64,000 bases of DNA. Origin: Chiloscyllium plagiosum (lineage: Eukaryota). This document shows, piece by piece, positions 37,227 to 49,530 of this stretch (its first letter is position 1; every line of letters starts with the position of its first letter). A program made the translations under genes and the position numbers. The notes under the pieces are model-generated. The model saw only the letters and a list, made by a program, of their open reading frames with translations. It searched no databases and was not told the origin of the DNA. The stretch covers positions 3,011,436-3,075,435 of the forward strand of contig NC_057718.1 in the NCBI RefSeq assembly GCF_004010195.1, given 5' to 3'.

Positions 37227-39499
37227 AGTTACAATAATAATACAAGTTACAAGTTACAATAATAAGTAAAATTAAATCATACAAAATCATTTTTTTTGTT
37301 CCCCATTACTATTTCTCCAGCTAACCATCTTGTAGATATTTCACAAATTCTTTTCTTGAGATCCTGATTTTCTGAGTCCCCCTGCGTATTGAAGTCCCCT
37401 CCATGATTATGCCTATTTTGCATGCCTTTTCTATCTCCTGATTTATTTTCTTCCACAAATCCTGACTAATGCTAGGGTCTTTTTAACTTTGAGCTTCCTT
37501 AACTTTACCCACACAAATTCTACTCAATATCAGTTCAATTAATTTAATTTCCTGTGATCAAGGCAACTCAATATCACTTCATTTAATTTAATGTCCTGTG
37601 ATCAAGGCAACCCCACACAGTCTGTCCATCTGCTTATCATTTCAATGGGAGGTGTATCCTTGGATATTTCATTCCCAGCCCTGGTCCCCTTGCAGCCACA
37701 TTTATATGATAACCACAACGTCTTACCAACAATTTCAAACTGCGGTGCAATCTCATTTACCTTGTTTCAGACACTGAATGCAATATCCTCAGTCCAGCAT
37801 TGACTGCTACCCTTCTCATAGTTCTCCCCTTATCTGCTATTTCTGAAGTTAGCCTATGTGTGAAAGACACTATATAATTGCACGTTGTTCCTGTTTAGTC
37901 AAGTTTGAGCGAATCCTATTTTGACCGGATATGGGTTTCAAATGTTGCAGATAGAGACTGTCAAGTGACATCATAAACGGCAAAGAACATAGTTGCTGCC
38001 TGTGTTTTGAGTGTATTTTCTTCTTGTTAACATCTTTGTCAACCATCACTGACAGAGTGAGTTCAGCAGATATTTTAAATTATGATTGATTTCACTGATA
38101 TAACCAGATTTTGAATAAAATCTAATTATTTGACCATTAAACTGTGTGTCTGTGTTCTTGAGCTAATTAACTGAAAAGTATGACCCGGAGCTGCTGGCAG
38201 CTTGGGCACATTTGAGGTGACAAAGTTTTCCCCTCCCACATCACCCTAAACCACTGTGTATTCATGTGTTATCAACAACTGCCTTGGAATGAACAGCAAC
38301 AGAAATGACAAATGGTTCTAGTCATTTGTTTGAGAGAAGCTGCTGCCCTTGAGATGTGTAACCAATGTCAGGGTCAGGGGACTGTGGCATGCTGGCAGTG
38401 TCTCTAACTGTAGACCACAAGATCAAATCCCACCCAGTGGCACAACACATTCCCACAAGTTGCTGAGAAATAATTTCAATGTATAAGGGCTGGCTCTGTA
38501 TTTCACCAATGCAGTGTTCTGCTTGGTGATCTCCAGCTGTGACCACAATGAATGGCCGTGGGCTAATCACTCACTGTGATCCCTGGGTTTATTTTGGGGG
38601 ATTCTCTACATTAACCCACTACATTTCTCCATTGTCCCCTCCCCTTTCAGGCTCTGCTTCAGTCAAAACCATTTGTTCAAGTTTCTGAGGCAAAGTCACA
38701 CTGGACTGGAAATATTAACTCTGTTTCTGACACCATGGCTGCTGCCAGACCTGCTGCATCTTTCCAGCAATTTCCATTTGTTAAACAGATTTTTGTCTTC
38801 ATGCTGCATTCCTTGATTGGTGATAACATTTCTTCATTTCCTCACTTTTGAAAAGTTTTGCCATCATTTCAGTGAGTACACACTGCTAATAAATAGCAGT
38901 TGTTATAAAGAGGAGGGGTTTAAGAACATAAGACCATAAGACATAGGAATGGAAGTAAGGCCATACGGCCCATCAAGTCCACTCTGCCATTCAATCATGG
39001 CTGATGGGCATTTCAACTCCACTTACCCGCATTTTCCCTGTAGCCCTTAATTCCTTGTGACATCAAGATTTATCAATCTAAATTGGGCCCAGTGTTTTTT
39101 TTAATAAGTGACCATTCACAGGGTTGCAGTAAATGTGTGAATTCTTGAAGGGAACATTCTAATTAGGTGCCACATTCTAATTAGTTCAAAGTCCTCTCTC
39201 TAGCCCTAGCTATTTAATTCACAAGCAACTGCTTGTGAGGAAATTACATTGAATAAGTCATTATCATCACTCCTGAAATAAACCTTTCTGATCAATGTTT
39301 AGAAAATCCAGCTAGTAATATTTTCCCTCAGAAGATAACAGCCATTGGTTTATTAGCCATGCTTCACCTTTACTGACACTCTAACTTCTTTACCTACTGA
39401 GAAACGAGGCATTAAAAAAGGTGCAATTGGCTAGGGCACTTTGTGTTTCACTGTTTTGACTGGACGTACAATAAACTGTGTAGACAAACATGGTTTCAC

Positions 39500-39736
39500 T
39501 ATGTTGAGATGATCAGTGGAACACTATTTGCTGTGACCCTGTCCCTCTGTGTTGTTTTGGAGAAGTTTAACTTGTTATAAAAGACCTCTCCATGGTTTGT
39601 GCTGCTTTGGGGTTTGTGTGAACTGTATAAGTTTGAACACTGAGAACTGGAGGTGAGTGTCACAAGAATAATTTATTACTATCTGAGGATTGTTTGATGC
39701 AGCTGACGCAGAACTCCACAGGCCGGGAACACAGAC
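39500..39736 (-). pseudogene. Degenerate cytoplasmic-tail-like exon with ITIM-like motif (copy 2)
   Basis: Acceptor ctgctttcag| at 39736. Frame reads SQCSNLYSSHKPQSSTNHGEVFYNKLNFSKTTQRDRVTANSVPLIIST* (VFYNKL at 39568-39585). Aligns with 24880-25190. Confidence 0.5.
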
Positions 39737-40599
39737 CTGAAAGCAGGGTATAAATAATTTTTGGCTCCAGCACTGATCCCAGTGAAACTCCTAAAGCTGC
39801 AAGTTACCAGTATGAAAATGTACCCTTTAACCTCACTCTCTGTCTTCTATTAGTTAACTAATCCTTTATCCATATTCATAAACTACCTTCAACACCATGG
39901 ACTCTCAGTAAATAGCCTAATGTGTGGGACCTTATCAAAAGCTGACTGATAATCCCGCAATATTACATTCACTACTTCCTCTTTTTCAAAGGGAAAATAC
40001 TGCAGATGAAGGAAACCTGAAGCAAACACAGGGAATGCTGGAGAAACTCAGTAGGTTTGGCAGTATCTGTAGCGAGAAAAACAGTGGGAACATTTCATCT
40101 TCAATCCAACTCTTCACAATGCTACGTTTGCCTGAAATTGGGCCATTATTTCAGTTATTTTGTTCTGAATATCATGTGCATTCAAGTAAAGAGTTGTTAA
40201 CTTTGCCTTTTTAATATTATTTCTCCTGAGTACTGTATTCATTGCTGTTTTTCTGCTCCTGTCCTGCTCTGTAATGCTACTGCCTCCTCTTGTTTTGTCA
40301 GCCTCTGGACTCTTTTTCCTTAATCTTGCCACATTCTAATTAGTTCAAAGTCCTCTCTCTAACCCTAGCTATTTAATTCACCAGGACACTGGTCCCAGCC
40401 TGGTTCAAGTGAAGCCCATCTCAGAAGAACAGCTCCCTTTTACTCTAGTACTGGTACCAAAACTCTTGCCCCTCAGACCAAACTCTGAGCCACATATTGA
40501 ACTGCTTGACTGTATTTACCCCGTGCCATTTTGCTGTCACTTAAAAGTCAGGAAATTCCTTACTGAAAATCAGAAACCTACACATGCAGCTATTGCTGC

Positions 40600-42075
40600 C
40601 TGATACAAAAGGAAAACAGGAAAAGTAGCTGAACCATGGCTTACATGGGAAATTAGAGACAATTTTAGATCCAAGGAAGAGGCAAACAAACTGGCTTGGG
40701 AAACAACAGCTCTGACAAGTGATTGATTAATGATTGATTAAAAACAGAAAATGATGCACGATAATATGCTTGAGGGGACCATAAAAACTGACAGTAAAGA
40801 TTTCTGAAGGAATGGGAAGAGAAAAATATTTTTGAAGACTGCAAGAGATCTCCATGATGGAATTTATAATGGGGAACAAAAGGTGGCTGACCAACAAAAT
40901 ACAAACTTTGATTCTGTGTTCACAAAGGATAGAGGCAAAATATCAGAAATATTCAGGAACTCAGGGTTTAGTGAGAGGGAGGAACTGAATAAAATCAGGA
41001 TGATAGAAAAATGATGTTGGGAAAATTGCTGGGATTGAAGGCTGATAAATCCACAGGCTAATAATATACATCACAGAGCATTCAAGTAATTTTCTGTAAT
41101 TATCGTGGATTCATTCATCATTGAGTCATAGAATCATGCATTGCAGAAAAGACCCTTCAGTCCATTGAGGCTGCACTGACAATAATTACCGCTAAAGGCA
41201 CTGTCATCCCAATTTCCTGCACTTGTCCCATATTTTTGGACATCTTCCAAAATTTTACAGACTCAAGAACACTTCCAAGGGATTAGTGGTTAACTGACAT
41301 AACACCACTGTTTAATAAAAGGAGGCAGAGGAGAAACAGAGAATTATAGATCAGTCAGTATGACATTGATCGTGGAGAAAATGCTTTAGTCTATTGTAAA
41401 AAGATTAATAGGGCATTTAGAAAATTGAGTCAGCAGGGCTTTATGGCAGGGAAATCAAGCTTGACAAATCCTCTGGAATTCTTAGTTGATGTGATTTATA
41501 GAGATGATGATGGAAATGTAGTTTAATGGAACGCTTTTGAGAAAGTCCCACGAAAGATATTAACATGTAAAATTAAAGGACATAGGATTGGGGATTGTTT
41601 AGTGATGTGAATAGAGAACTGGTTAACAGACAGAAAACAAAGAGTCAGAACAATTGAGTGTTTTTCTGAATGGCAGCCAGTGGGATACTGCAGGGATCAA
41701 TAATAGGACCACAGCTATTCCACAATATACATTAATGATTTAAACAAATCACATATAATATCTCCAAGTTTGCAGATGACACAGAGCTGGGTAGGAGGGT
41801 AAGCTGTGAAGAGGATGCAAAGATTCTTCAACGTGAATTTGACAGGCTGAGTGAGTGGGGAAATGCATGCCAGAGTCAGGTTAAAGTGGATAAATGTGAG
41901 ATTATCCACTTTGGTTCAAAAACAGGAAGGCAAATTATTATCTGAAGGGTGATAGATTGGGAATGGGGAAGGTGTAATGAGACCGAGGCATCCTTGTACA
42001 CCAGTCACTGAAGGGAAATGTTGCAGGAGCAGCAGGTAGTGGAGAAAGCAAATGGGAAGTTGGCCTCAACGAACA
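40600..42075 (+). mobile_element. Degenerate CR1 ORF2 fragment
   Basis: NYRSVS, QQGFMAGKSSLTNPLEF and SKFADDTEL motifs; partly duplicated and inverted at 44820-45770. Confidence 0.75.
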
Positions 42076-42439
42076 AAGAACACAGGAACAGGCCTGCACC
42101 AACACATAATACATTTATAAACAAGCAACCGCTTGGCTTTACATGGGCCTTTGTGTAAATATAGAAATTTAAGGATTCATTTAGCTTCTCAGTTTATTTC
42201 TTTAATATAAGCATTTTCACTCTGCCTTAAAATGATTTACCTTACTTTGAATGTCCAATAATAACTACTTTATCCCAGAATAGTGATTCAGATTGTTCCC
42301 CTTGTCGTCTCAGAGAGATTGTGTCTGGTTTACACAGGACTGAAGAACAATTTGGAGAGGGAGGAGAAGGATCCACTCATCATTGTCTTTGTTGGGACCA
42401 CTGGATTTAGACACTGGATTTATTTAGGAAGTATGAAGG

Positions 42440-43900
42440 GAAGAAGGCAGCAACCAGGTGTTTCAGGGAAAAATAATCTCTGTGTTTATTTACAATATAA
42501 AAAGTAAGTCTAATATAAGAAATAAATGTAAATAAAATAAAAAGGGAAATTGACACAATCCAATTGACAGATGCCAGTAATACTATTACAGTATTAACTA
42601 GATTAAACATGAGAACCAAAAAGCAATAGTCTTGATTATAGAATCTTTAATCAGGATTACTACCCTCGGGGTCCCAATACACTGTCATTTCCTAGCTTTC
42701 CCTCCCTGTTGGCTCAGACAGAAACCTTAGGGTCTCGGGAGTTTCAGCTCACCGCTGAGGAGAATACTGTTTTGAAGTACAGCTGGCTGTTCCTGCTTGC
42801 CCTGCCTGGAGCCTGAGTGAAGACTGTAGACTGCGAGGGCCTCTCAGTTTGAGTTGAATCTGCTGATGCGGTACGGTGGGTAGTGGATCTATTAGGGCAT
42901 GGTTTTCTTTCCTTTCTGCTGGTTTTCTGGGCCTGGGTTTCACCTCAGGATGTATCTGAGACCTGTGGTGTCAGTCAGGTTGCTGGTTTTGGGAGTTTGT
43001 CAGTTTTTGGGTTTGCTGTTTGTGGTTGGTCACTGTTGGTTCCCCTGGTTTGGAACAGGCCTGTGTCAGTGGCTCTTGGAATGAGCTGTTGGAATTCTTC
43101 TTCTGGAGATAGCTCTTTGGAACATTTCCGGGGATGCTTCTGACATCTGTCCTGGGGATCGCTCTCGGGGATGGCTGTCTTAGGTAAGTTTGGGACTTGC
43201 AATTATACAAATTGGGAACCCCTTATCTTCGTGCCAAATCTGTGCTTTTTGGTGTTTCTTTTGAAGTTAATTATTTTCCCAATTGTTCAGATTGTGTGTG
43301 AATGGATTTTGATTGGATTTGAATGTCTGGTATCTCTGTAGACCCCATGCTGTCTGTTCTGGGGAGCCTGTGGTATAAACGCAGCCTCATGCCAGAGTCT
43401 GTTTCAGTTGATTGCTCTCTCAGAGATAATATGTAAATTGTAAATCCAGGTTGGGCAAAGGTTCCAGGCAGCCATCTCAGATCTGTCGATTGGGTTTGTG
43501 TATTCGTCACAGAACTCATTCCAGCTTCCATTTACTTATTAAAAGTTTTGAAAAGACTAGAGTTTTGTCCAATACTTTAGATGATGGGATCTTTTGCTCG
43601 ATCCTACATGGTAAAGATCCTGTCTCCAGAGAATGGAGGCAGAGACTCCCCAATTCCCCACAGTCTGAACCCCAGGACTCTTACCTGTGAAGAAGCCTCA
43701 GTGTGCTGAGGCTGGAGAGGCGGTTTCTCTGTTGATCTTTGGGGAAACCCTGCCCCTTTAAATGCTGCCTGGCTGCCTTTTCTAATGCAGCAGACCCTTC
43801 CCAGTTCCAATCCTCACATCTGCTGTGGATTGTCAGGAAGCCTCTCCCACTATGAATAGCCCAGGGAAGAGTGTGTGGCAAGTTAGCTTGTGTCAGACAA
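42440..43900 (-). mobile_element. Possible degenerate LTR-element gag relic
   Basis: Minus-strand LYNCKSQTYLRQPSP (~43165-43210) resembles an eroded CX2CX4HX4C zinc knuckle; flanking composition is LTR-like; no intact ORF. Confidence 0.3.
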
Positions 43901-45937
43901 CGGTTCGACAGTGTGAGCTCAACATGTCACTGTTATAGCAACATCTGTATTGCTGTTCTCTGCACACAGCGTCATTCTAACTATGTCATTCTAACTATCA
44001 CAAATGTGTAGCCCAGTGGTGCACATTATTTCCCCTGGTGACTATATTTGTTGCTGTTTTAATGTGTCTGTATCCTCCATCTGTTTCTGTCCCACTCTGG
44101 CTAATGTTATTCGAATAGCTGACTTGTAATGCTGCTGTCTCCACTTGCTTTGGTAGCTTCTAGACTCTTTTTCCTGAATTCTGCCGCATTCTAATTAGTT
44201 TAAAGCCCTTTCTCCAGCCCTCGCTATTTAATTCACCAGGACACTGGTCCCAGCCTGATTCAAATGAAGACCGTCCAAGAAGGACAGTTACTCTAGTACT
44301 GGTATCAAAACCCTTTCCCCTCAGACTGAACTCTGAGCCATGTATTGAACTGCTTGACTGTATTTACCTTGTGTCAGTTTGCTGTGGCTCAGGCAGTAAT
44401 CCAGAGATTCTTACCTTGGAGATTCTGCTTTATCATTTAGCTCCCATTTGGTCATAGTCTTTCAGTGTGACCTCCTTTCTTGTGCTCCCAGTGTCATTGG
44501 TCCCAACACAGACAATGATGAGTGAATCCTTCCCCTTCCTCTCCAAATTCTTCTCCAGTCCTGTGTAAACCAGACACAATCTCTCTGACATGACAAGGGG
44601 AACATTCCAAATCTTTAATCTGTGGTAAAGTAGCTAATATTGGACACTCATAGTAAGATAAATTGCTTTGAGGTGGAGTGAAAATTCTGATATTAAAGAA
44701 ATAAACAGTCTGAGGAACTAAAAGAAGCCTTATGCTTCCATATTTACACAAAGGCTCATGCAAAGCCATGCACTTGTTAGTTTAGAAATGTATTATGTGT
44801 TGTCCTGTTCTTTGTTATTTGAGGCCAACTTCCAATTTGCTTTCTCTACTGCCTGCTGCTCCCACAACACTTGCTTTCAGTGACTGTCAAATTCACACTG
44901 AAACATCTTTGTATCCTCCTCACAGCTCACCCTCTCACTCAGCTTTGTGTCATTAGAAAACCTGGAGTCATTACATTTTGTTCCGTCATCTAAATCATTA
45001 ATGTATGTTGTGAATAGCTGGGATGCTAGCACTGATCCCTGTGGTATCCCACTGGCTACCATTCAGAGAAACTGTCAACTATTCCCACTCTTTGTTTCGT
45101 GTCTGTTAACTAGTTCTCTATTCACATCTAAACTATCCCCAATCCTATGTCCTTTAATTTTACATGTTAATCTCTCCTGTGGTACTTTTTCAAAAGCATT
45201 CTGAACATTCCATTAAACTACATCAAACTCAGGGTTTATTGAGAGGGAGAAACTGAAGGATGAGGCTGAGTAGAGAAATGGTGTTGGGGAATTAGTTGGG
45301 ATTAAAGGCTAGTAAATCCACAGGCTAATAATCTACATCACAGAGCATTTAAGTAAGTTTCTATAATTATCGTGGATTCATTCATCATTGAGCCATAGAG
45401 TCATACATTGCAGAAAAGGCCCTTCATGCTGTTGATGCTGCACTGACAATAACTACCAATAAAGGCACTGTAATCTCAATTTCCTGCATTTGTCCCATCT
45501 TCCAAGATTCTACAGACTCTAGAATACTCCCAAGAAATTAGAAGTTAGCTAAAATAACACCACTGTTTAATAAAGGGAGGCAGAGATAAAACAGAGAATT
45601 ATAGATCAGTAAGTATGACATTGGTCGTGGAGAAAAAGCTTCAGTCTGTTGTAAAAAAGATTAAGAGGGCTTTTAGAAAATTGAGCCAGCAGGGCTTTAC
45701 GACAGGGAAATCAAGCTTGACAAATCCACTAGAATTCTTAGTTGATGTGACTCACAGAGGTCATGATGTAGCTTGTGTCAGACAGTGTGAGCTCAACATG
45801 TCACTGTTGTAGCAACATGTGTATTGGTGTTACCAGCACACATGGCCTGGTAGCGAGGATATCAATCAAGAACAAACCATCACAACTAGTTCAGTCTGAC
45901 AACCTGTTCCCTCTCTTTAATGTAGGACTGAGACTGC

Positions 45938-46265
45938 TTAGGTTAGATTCCCTACAGTATGGAAACAGACCCTTTGGCCCAAAATGTCCACACTGACCCT
46001 CCAAAGAGTAACCCACCCAGACCCATTCCCCTACATTTACCCCTAATTAATGCACCTATCGCTATGAGAAATTTAGCATGGCCAATTCACCTAACCTGCA
46101 CATCTTTGAGACTGTGGGAGGAAACTGGAGCACCCGGAGGAAATCCACACAGACACAGGGAGAATGTGCAAACTCCACAGAGACAGTCGCCCAATGCTGG
46201 AATCGAACCCGGGTCCCTGGCACTGGGAGGCAGCAGTGCTAACTGCTGAGCCACTGTGCTGCTGG
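45938..46265 (-). mobile_element. HE1/V-SINE-like SINE
   Basis: Same head and core as 6205-6525. Confidence 0.85.
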
Positions 46266-46343
46266 GAGAGTCTCTTTAATCCCTGGTGGGTATTTAGAAC
46301 AATCAAACTGTTGCTAGTTTGTTGATATTTGTTTTGTTTGAAG

Positions 46344-46687
46344 ATGTAACTGACTGAGTCCTTCTCCAGCTTCTAATCCTGCAACGTGTCGTTGAGGGTC
46401 ACAAGGCCCAGTTACAGTGCGCCAGAATGAATTCCACAGTGACACGCATTGATGCTTATTGATACAGCAAGCAACGTTGGCATCAGAGGGTGTGGTTTTC
46501 AGACCATTATGTTTTTATTCAAACACAATGAAGTCCAGGATTCACTGAGTGATTCCACCCTACCAGAGACCTCTCCAGGAACACCTCCATTCTGACCATC
46601 ACAAACACGTGGCCCAGAGTCACTGCGGTGCATTACTGCACAGTCTGGGAAAGATCTGTGGGACAGTAAGCCAGCTCATTGCAAACA
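46344..46687 (+). pseudogene. More degenerate paralogous VJ exon, pseudogene
   Basis: After gtttgaag|: VLLQLLILQRVVEGHKAQLQCARMNSTVT..Y*Y..SPGFTE*FHPTRDLSRNTSILTITNT..TAVHYCTVW..ICGTVSQLIAN|gtaac. Colinear with the 30738 exon, including a similar upstream intron end; several stops and frameshifts. Confidence 0.85.
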
Positions 46688-48227
46688 GTAACATGACAAT
46701 CAATTCCAACATTAAACTCTTGCCCAATGAATGAATGAGAGATCTATTTGTGATCAAGAAAATTACGGAGGTGATGGAGAGTGATCTGGAGAATGGATTC
46801 ACTGTGAAGAGGAAGCTGAATTCAGGCTCAATATTGCTGGTTGGGGAGAGAAAGAGGTTTTTTTGGGCCAACGTGAGAAGAATTTTGTTGGAAACGTGGA
46901 GTTTCTCCTGGAAAATGAGTTATATTAATTCCATTCAACTCACAATAGTGTCAGTGCCATCAGGCTGGGTGAGCAGAGTCAGGTAGATTGTTCTGTGAGG
47001 CGCCACATCTGCAGGGGAATGCCCCAGGGATTGGGAATGAACCATAGAGCACAAAGGGGCACACACACCTCTCTTCATTCGAGAGGCAATTGGTTCGACC
47101 CAGCTTAAAGGGAACCACTCCACATTGAACACAGGGAAAGGGGAGGGGCTCACTCTCCATGATCTCCCATATCTGAGACTGGGAAAGAAGCTGAGATGTT
47201 GTCATTATTCCACATTATACTCAAGCCACCTGAGCCATCTGATTAGGGAAGAGTGATCATACTCTTCTATGACTTTCCAACATAATTAATTGGAGCTTTG
47301 TTTTGAATGTTGTTGGGAGCCTGGCTTCAGACCCCATCCTGGTTCAGGTAGCTCCTGGGACTTTCTCTTCTATTTGTCCCATTGTGGGGGAGTGGGCAGC
47401 CAATAGCAGATCAGATGTAATGCAGAGAGATGTGAGGATACTCGGATTGGATGGAGAAATAAGACAATTTTATTTAAATGTGAAATTCTCATAGGTGTGC
47501 AAGAGTATAATGTTTCAGGTAACATTAGAACCACCTTTTAAAGTTCTGTTACCAAAAGAAAATACTGAACAGAAATCCATATTAGGATGACACAAAAATA
47601 TATGGACTATGAGAAACGGAAATATGGAACTGTTTGGCCATTTAAGGAGAGCTTCTTGATGGCATGTACTGTACCTTTAAGAGATAGTGAAAGCTGAAAT
47701 CTGCCAAGCACCAGTTATGTGACTGACTAACAGTCGCAGAGTGTGTTGGAAAATGGAAAGATGTGACGTTTGGCTGTAACCTACTTACCTCAGTTGTTTT
47801 CACAGCAGTTCAAATCTAACAAATCAGTTTAAATTATTCCTCAATATACTAAAAGCCAATCAAATTCGAATTTTAGTGTTTTGATGACATCGAATGAATG
47901 AGACAATCTGATGTTTGGGGTATAACAAAAGCTTGCATTTTGGACAGTTAGCCAGAAAAAGCACCAACTGCTATTGAAAGACTGTTATTCATCACATTTT
48001 CCTGTCAAAGGCACCTTTTTTCATATGAAGCATCTTTTCAGCAGAAGACCAAAGAGGACCCAGGGAGATCCCCAAGCAGAGGAAGATCGACACTGGATAT
48101 GACAGCCACTGCCTTGGTTTGAAAATTAAGTTGCTTTCTTAGATCTGTATATTGTTATCGAGTGTGAGCTAGATAACAAATCTTTAAGAGAAATGAGACT
48201 TAGAGTTGTAAATAGTTGTTACTTAGT

Positions 48228-48592
48228 GTCATAGAGTCATAGAGATGTACAGCATGGAAACAGACCCTTTGGTCCAAACCATTCATGCCGACCAGATATC
48301 CCAACCCAATCTAGTCCCACCTACCAGCACCCAGCCCATATCCCTCCAAACCCTTCCTATTCATATACCCATCCAAATGCCTCTTAAATGTTGTAATTGT
48401 ACCAGCCTCCACCACTTCCTCTGGCAGCTCATTCCATACTCGTACCACCCTCTGCGTGAAAACGTTGCCCCTAAGGTCCCTTTTATATCTTTCCCCTCTC
48501 ACCCTAAACCTCTAGTTCTGAACTCCCCAATCCCAGGGAAAAGATTTTGCCTATTTACCCTATCCATGCCCCTCAGAATTTTGTAAACCTTT
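48228..48592 (-). mobile_element. CR1 3' end inserted in the Gypsy 5' LTR
   Basis: catagagt tail; RGERYKRDLRGNVFTQRVVRVWNELP. Confidence 0.88.
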
Positions 48593-49329
48593 AGCATTAA
48601 AGAATAAAATTGATATTTTTGTTACATCTTGGGATTGAGAGTTCTCTCTCACTCATACTTTCACAGATTATGAGGCAAGGTGAGTTTTCCTGTGTGTTTG
48701 GTTTAATTAGCAAAACATTTTAATGTTAATTCATAACAATTTGGGGCTTGGGGCCGGGATTTGGACAGATTTAGACAGATCCACTGTGAGACTTGGACAG
48801 ATTTGAACAAATTTGGGGTAAAAGATACTAGCTGATGTAAACACTTGCTGATTGCTGTCCTATAACTTTAAATAAAATGTAGAGAAGACACTTTGTTTAA
48901 TTTTGGTTATTTGTAGTTGGTTAAATTAAAAATGAGAGAAATGGCTCTTAAAATTGCTTAAGAGGTTCTGGGGTTTGAAGATGATTCTCAAATTTGCCAA
49001 GCAAGTTTAGAAAGAAAAGAACATAATTTTAGAATTAGCAGAGAGGTTAGAATTGGGTTGAACCAAGAACAAAAGTAAGGGAGTTACTCAAACACTTAAG
49101 TGTGTCAGAGATACAGACAAGTGCAGTCGAGGTAGAGAAACTTAAATTACAATTGAGGAAAATGGAGTTAGAAAATAAACAAAGGGAAAGAGAAGGGTGG
49201 GTCCTGGTGGTGGAAATTGAATAAAGATTGGTGCACTTTGTGTCTTTCACTGTGTCTCACACCTGCACACACACACCATGGGTGCTGGGGAAAAAATAAG
49301 CACTACCGCACTTAGGTGGTAGTGTGGGG

Positions 49330-49530
49330 GTTAAAGGGGAAAAAAAAAGAAAAAAAAAAAAAAAAAAAGGAAAAGGGAGGGGGGGGGGAGGGGGAAGAAA
49401 GAGAGAGAGAAGCAAGAGAGAGGAAAAAGAAAGAGAGAGAAGATTCTTAGCTGAGCTAAGCGAGGGAGAAAAAAACAGAAAGAGAGAATGAAAGAGAGAG
49501 AGAAGAAAGGGAGAGAGAAAAAAAATGACA
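49330..49530 (+). repeat. Poly(A) and GA-rich low-complexity tract
   Basis: A-run at ~49340-49368 followed by purine-only (GA/AAAG) sequence inside the Gypsy gag. Confidence 0.85.

Noticed and set aside
35794-37290. Long ORFs of 130-498 aa at 8.1, 25.3, 32.4 and 35.8 kb
   Set aside because: Artefacts of N runs (8202-8592, 25403-25980, 32695-33006, 35927-36779) inside CR1 or Penelope copies.
37522-37612. Two-copy tandem repeat of about 44 bp
   Set aside because: Simple local duplication within CR1 debris; no spacer structure, not a CRISPR or other functional array.
38320-38590. Weak resemblance to an Ig E-F strand (NAVFCLVISSCD) and an 82-aa minus-strand ORF
   Set aside because: No canonical Cys/Trp spacing or splice sites; too degenerate to call.
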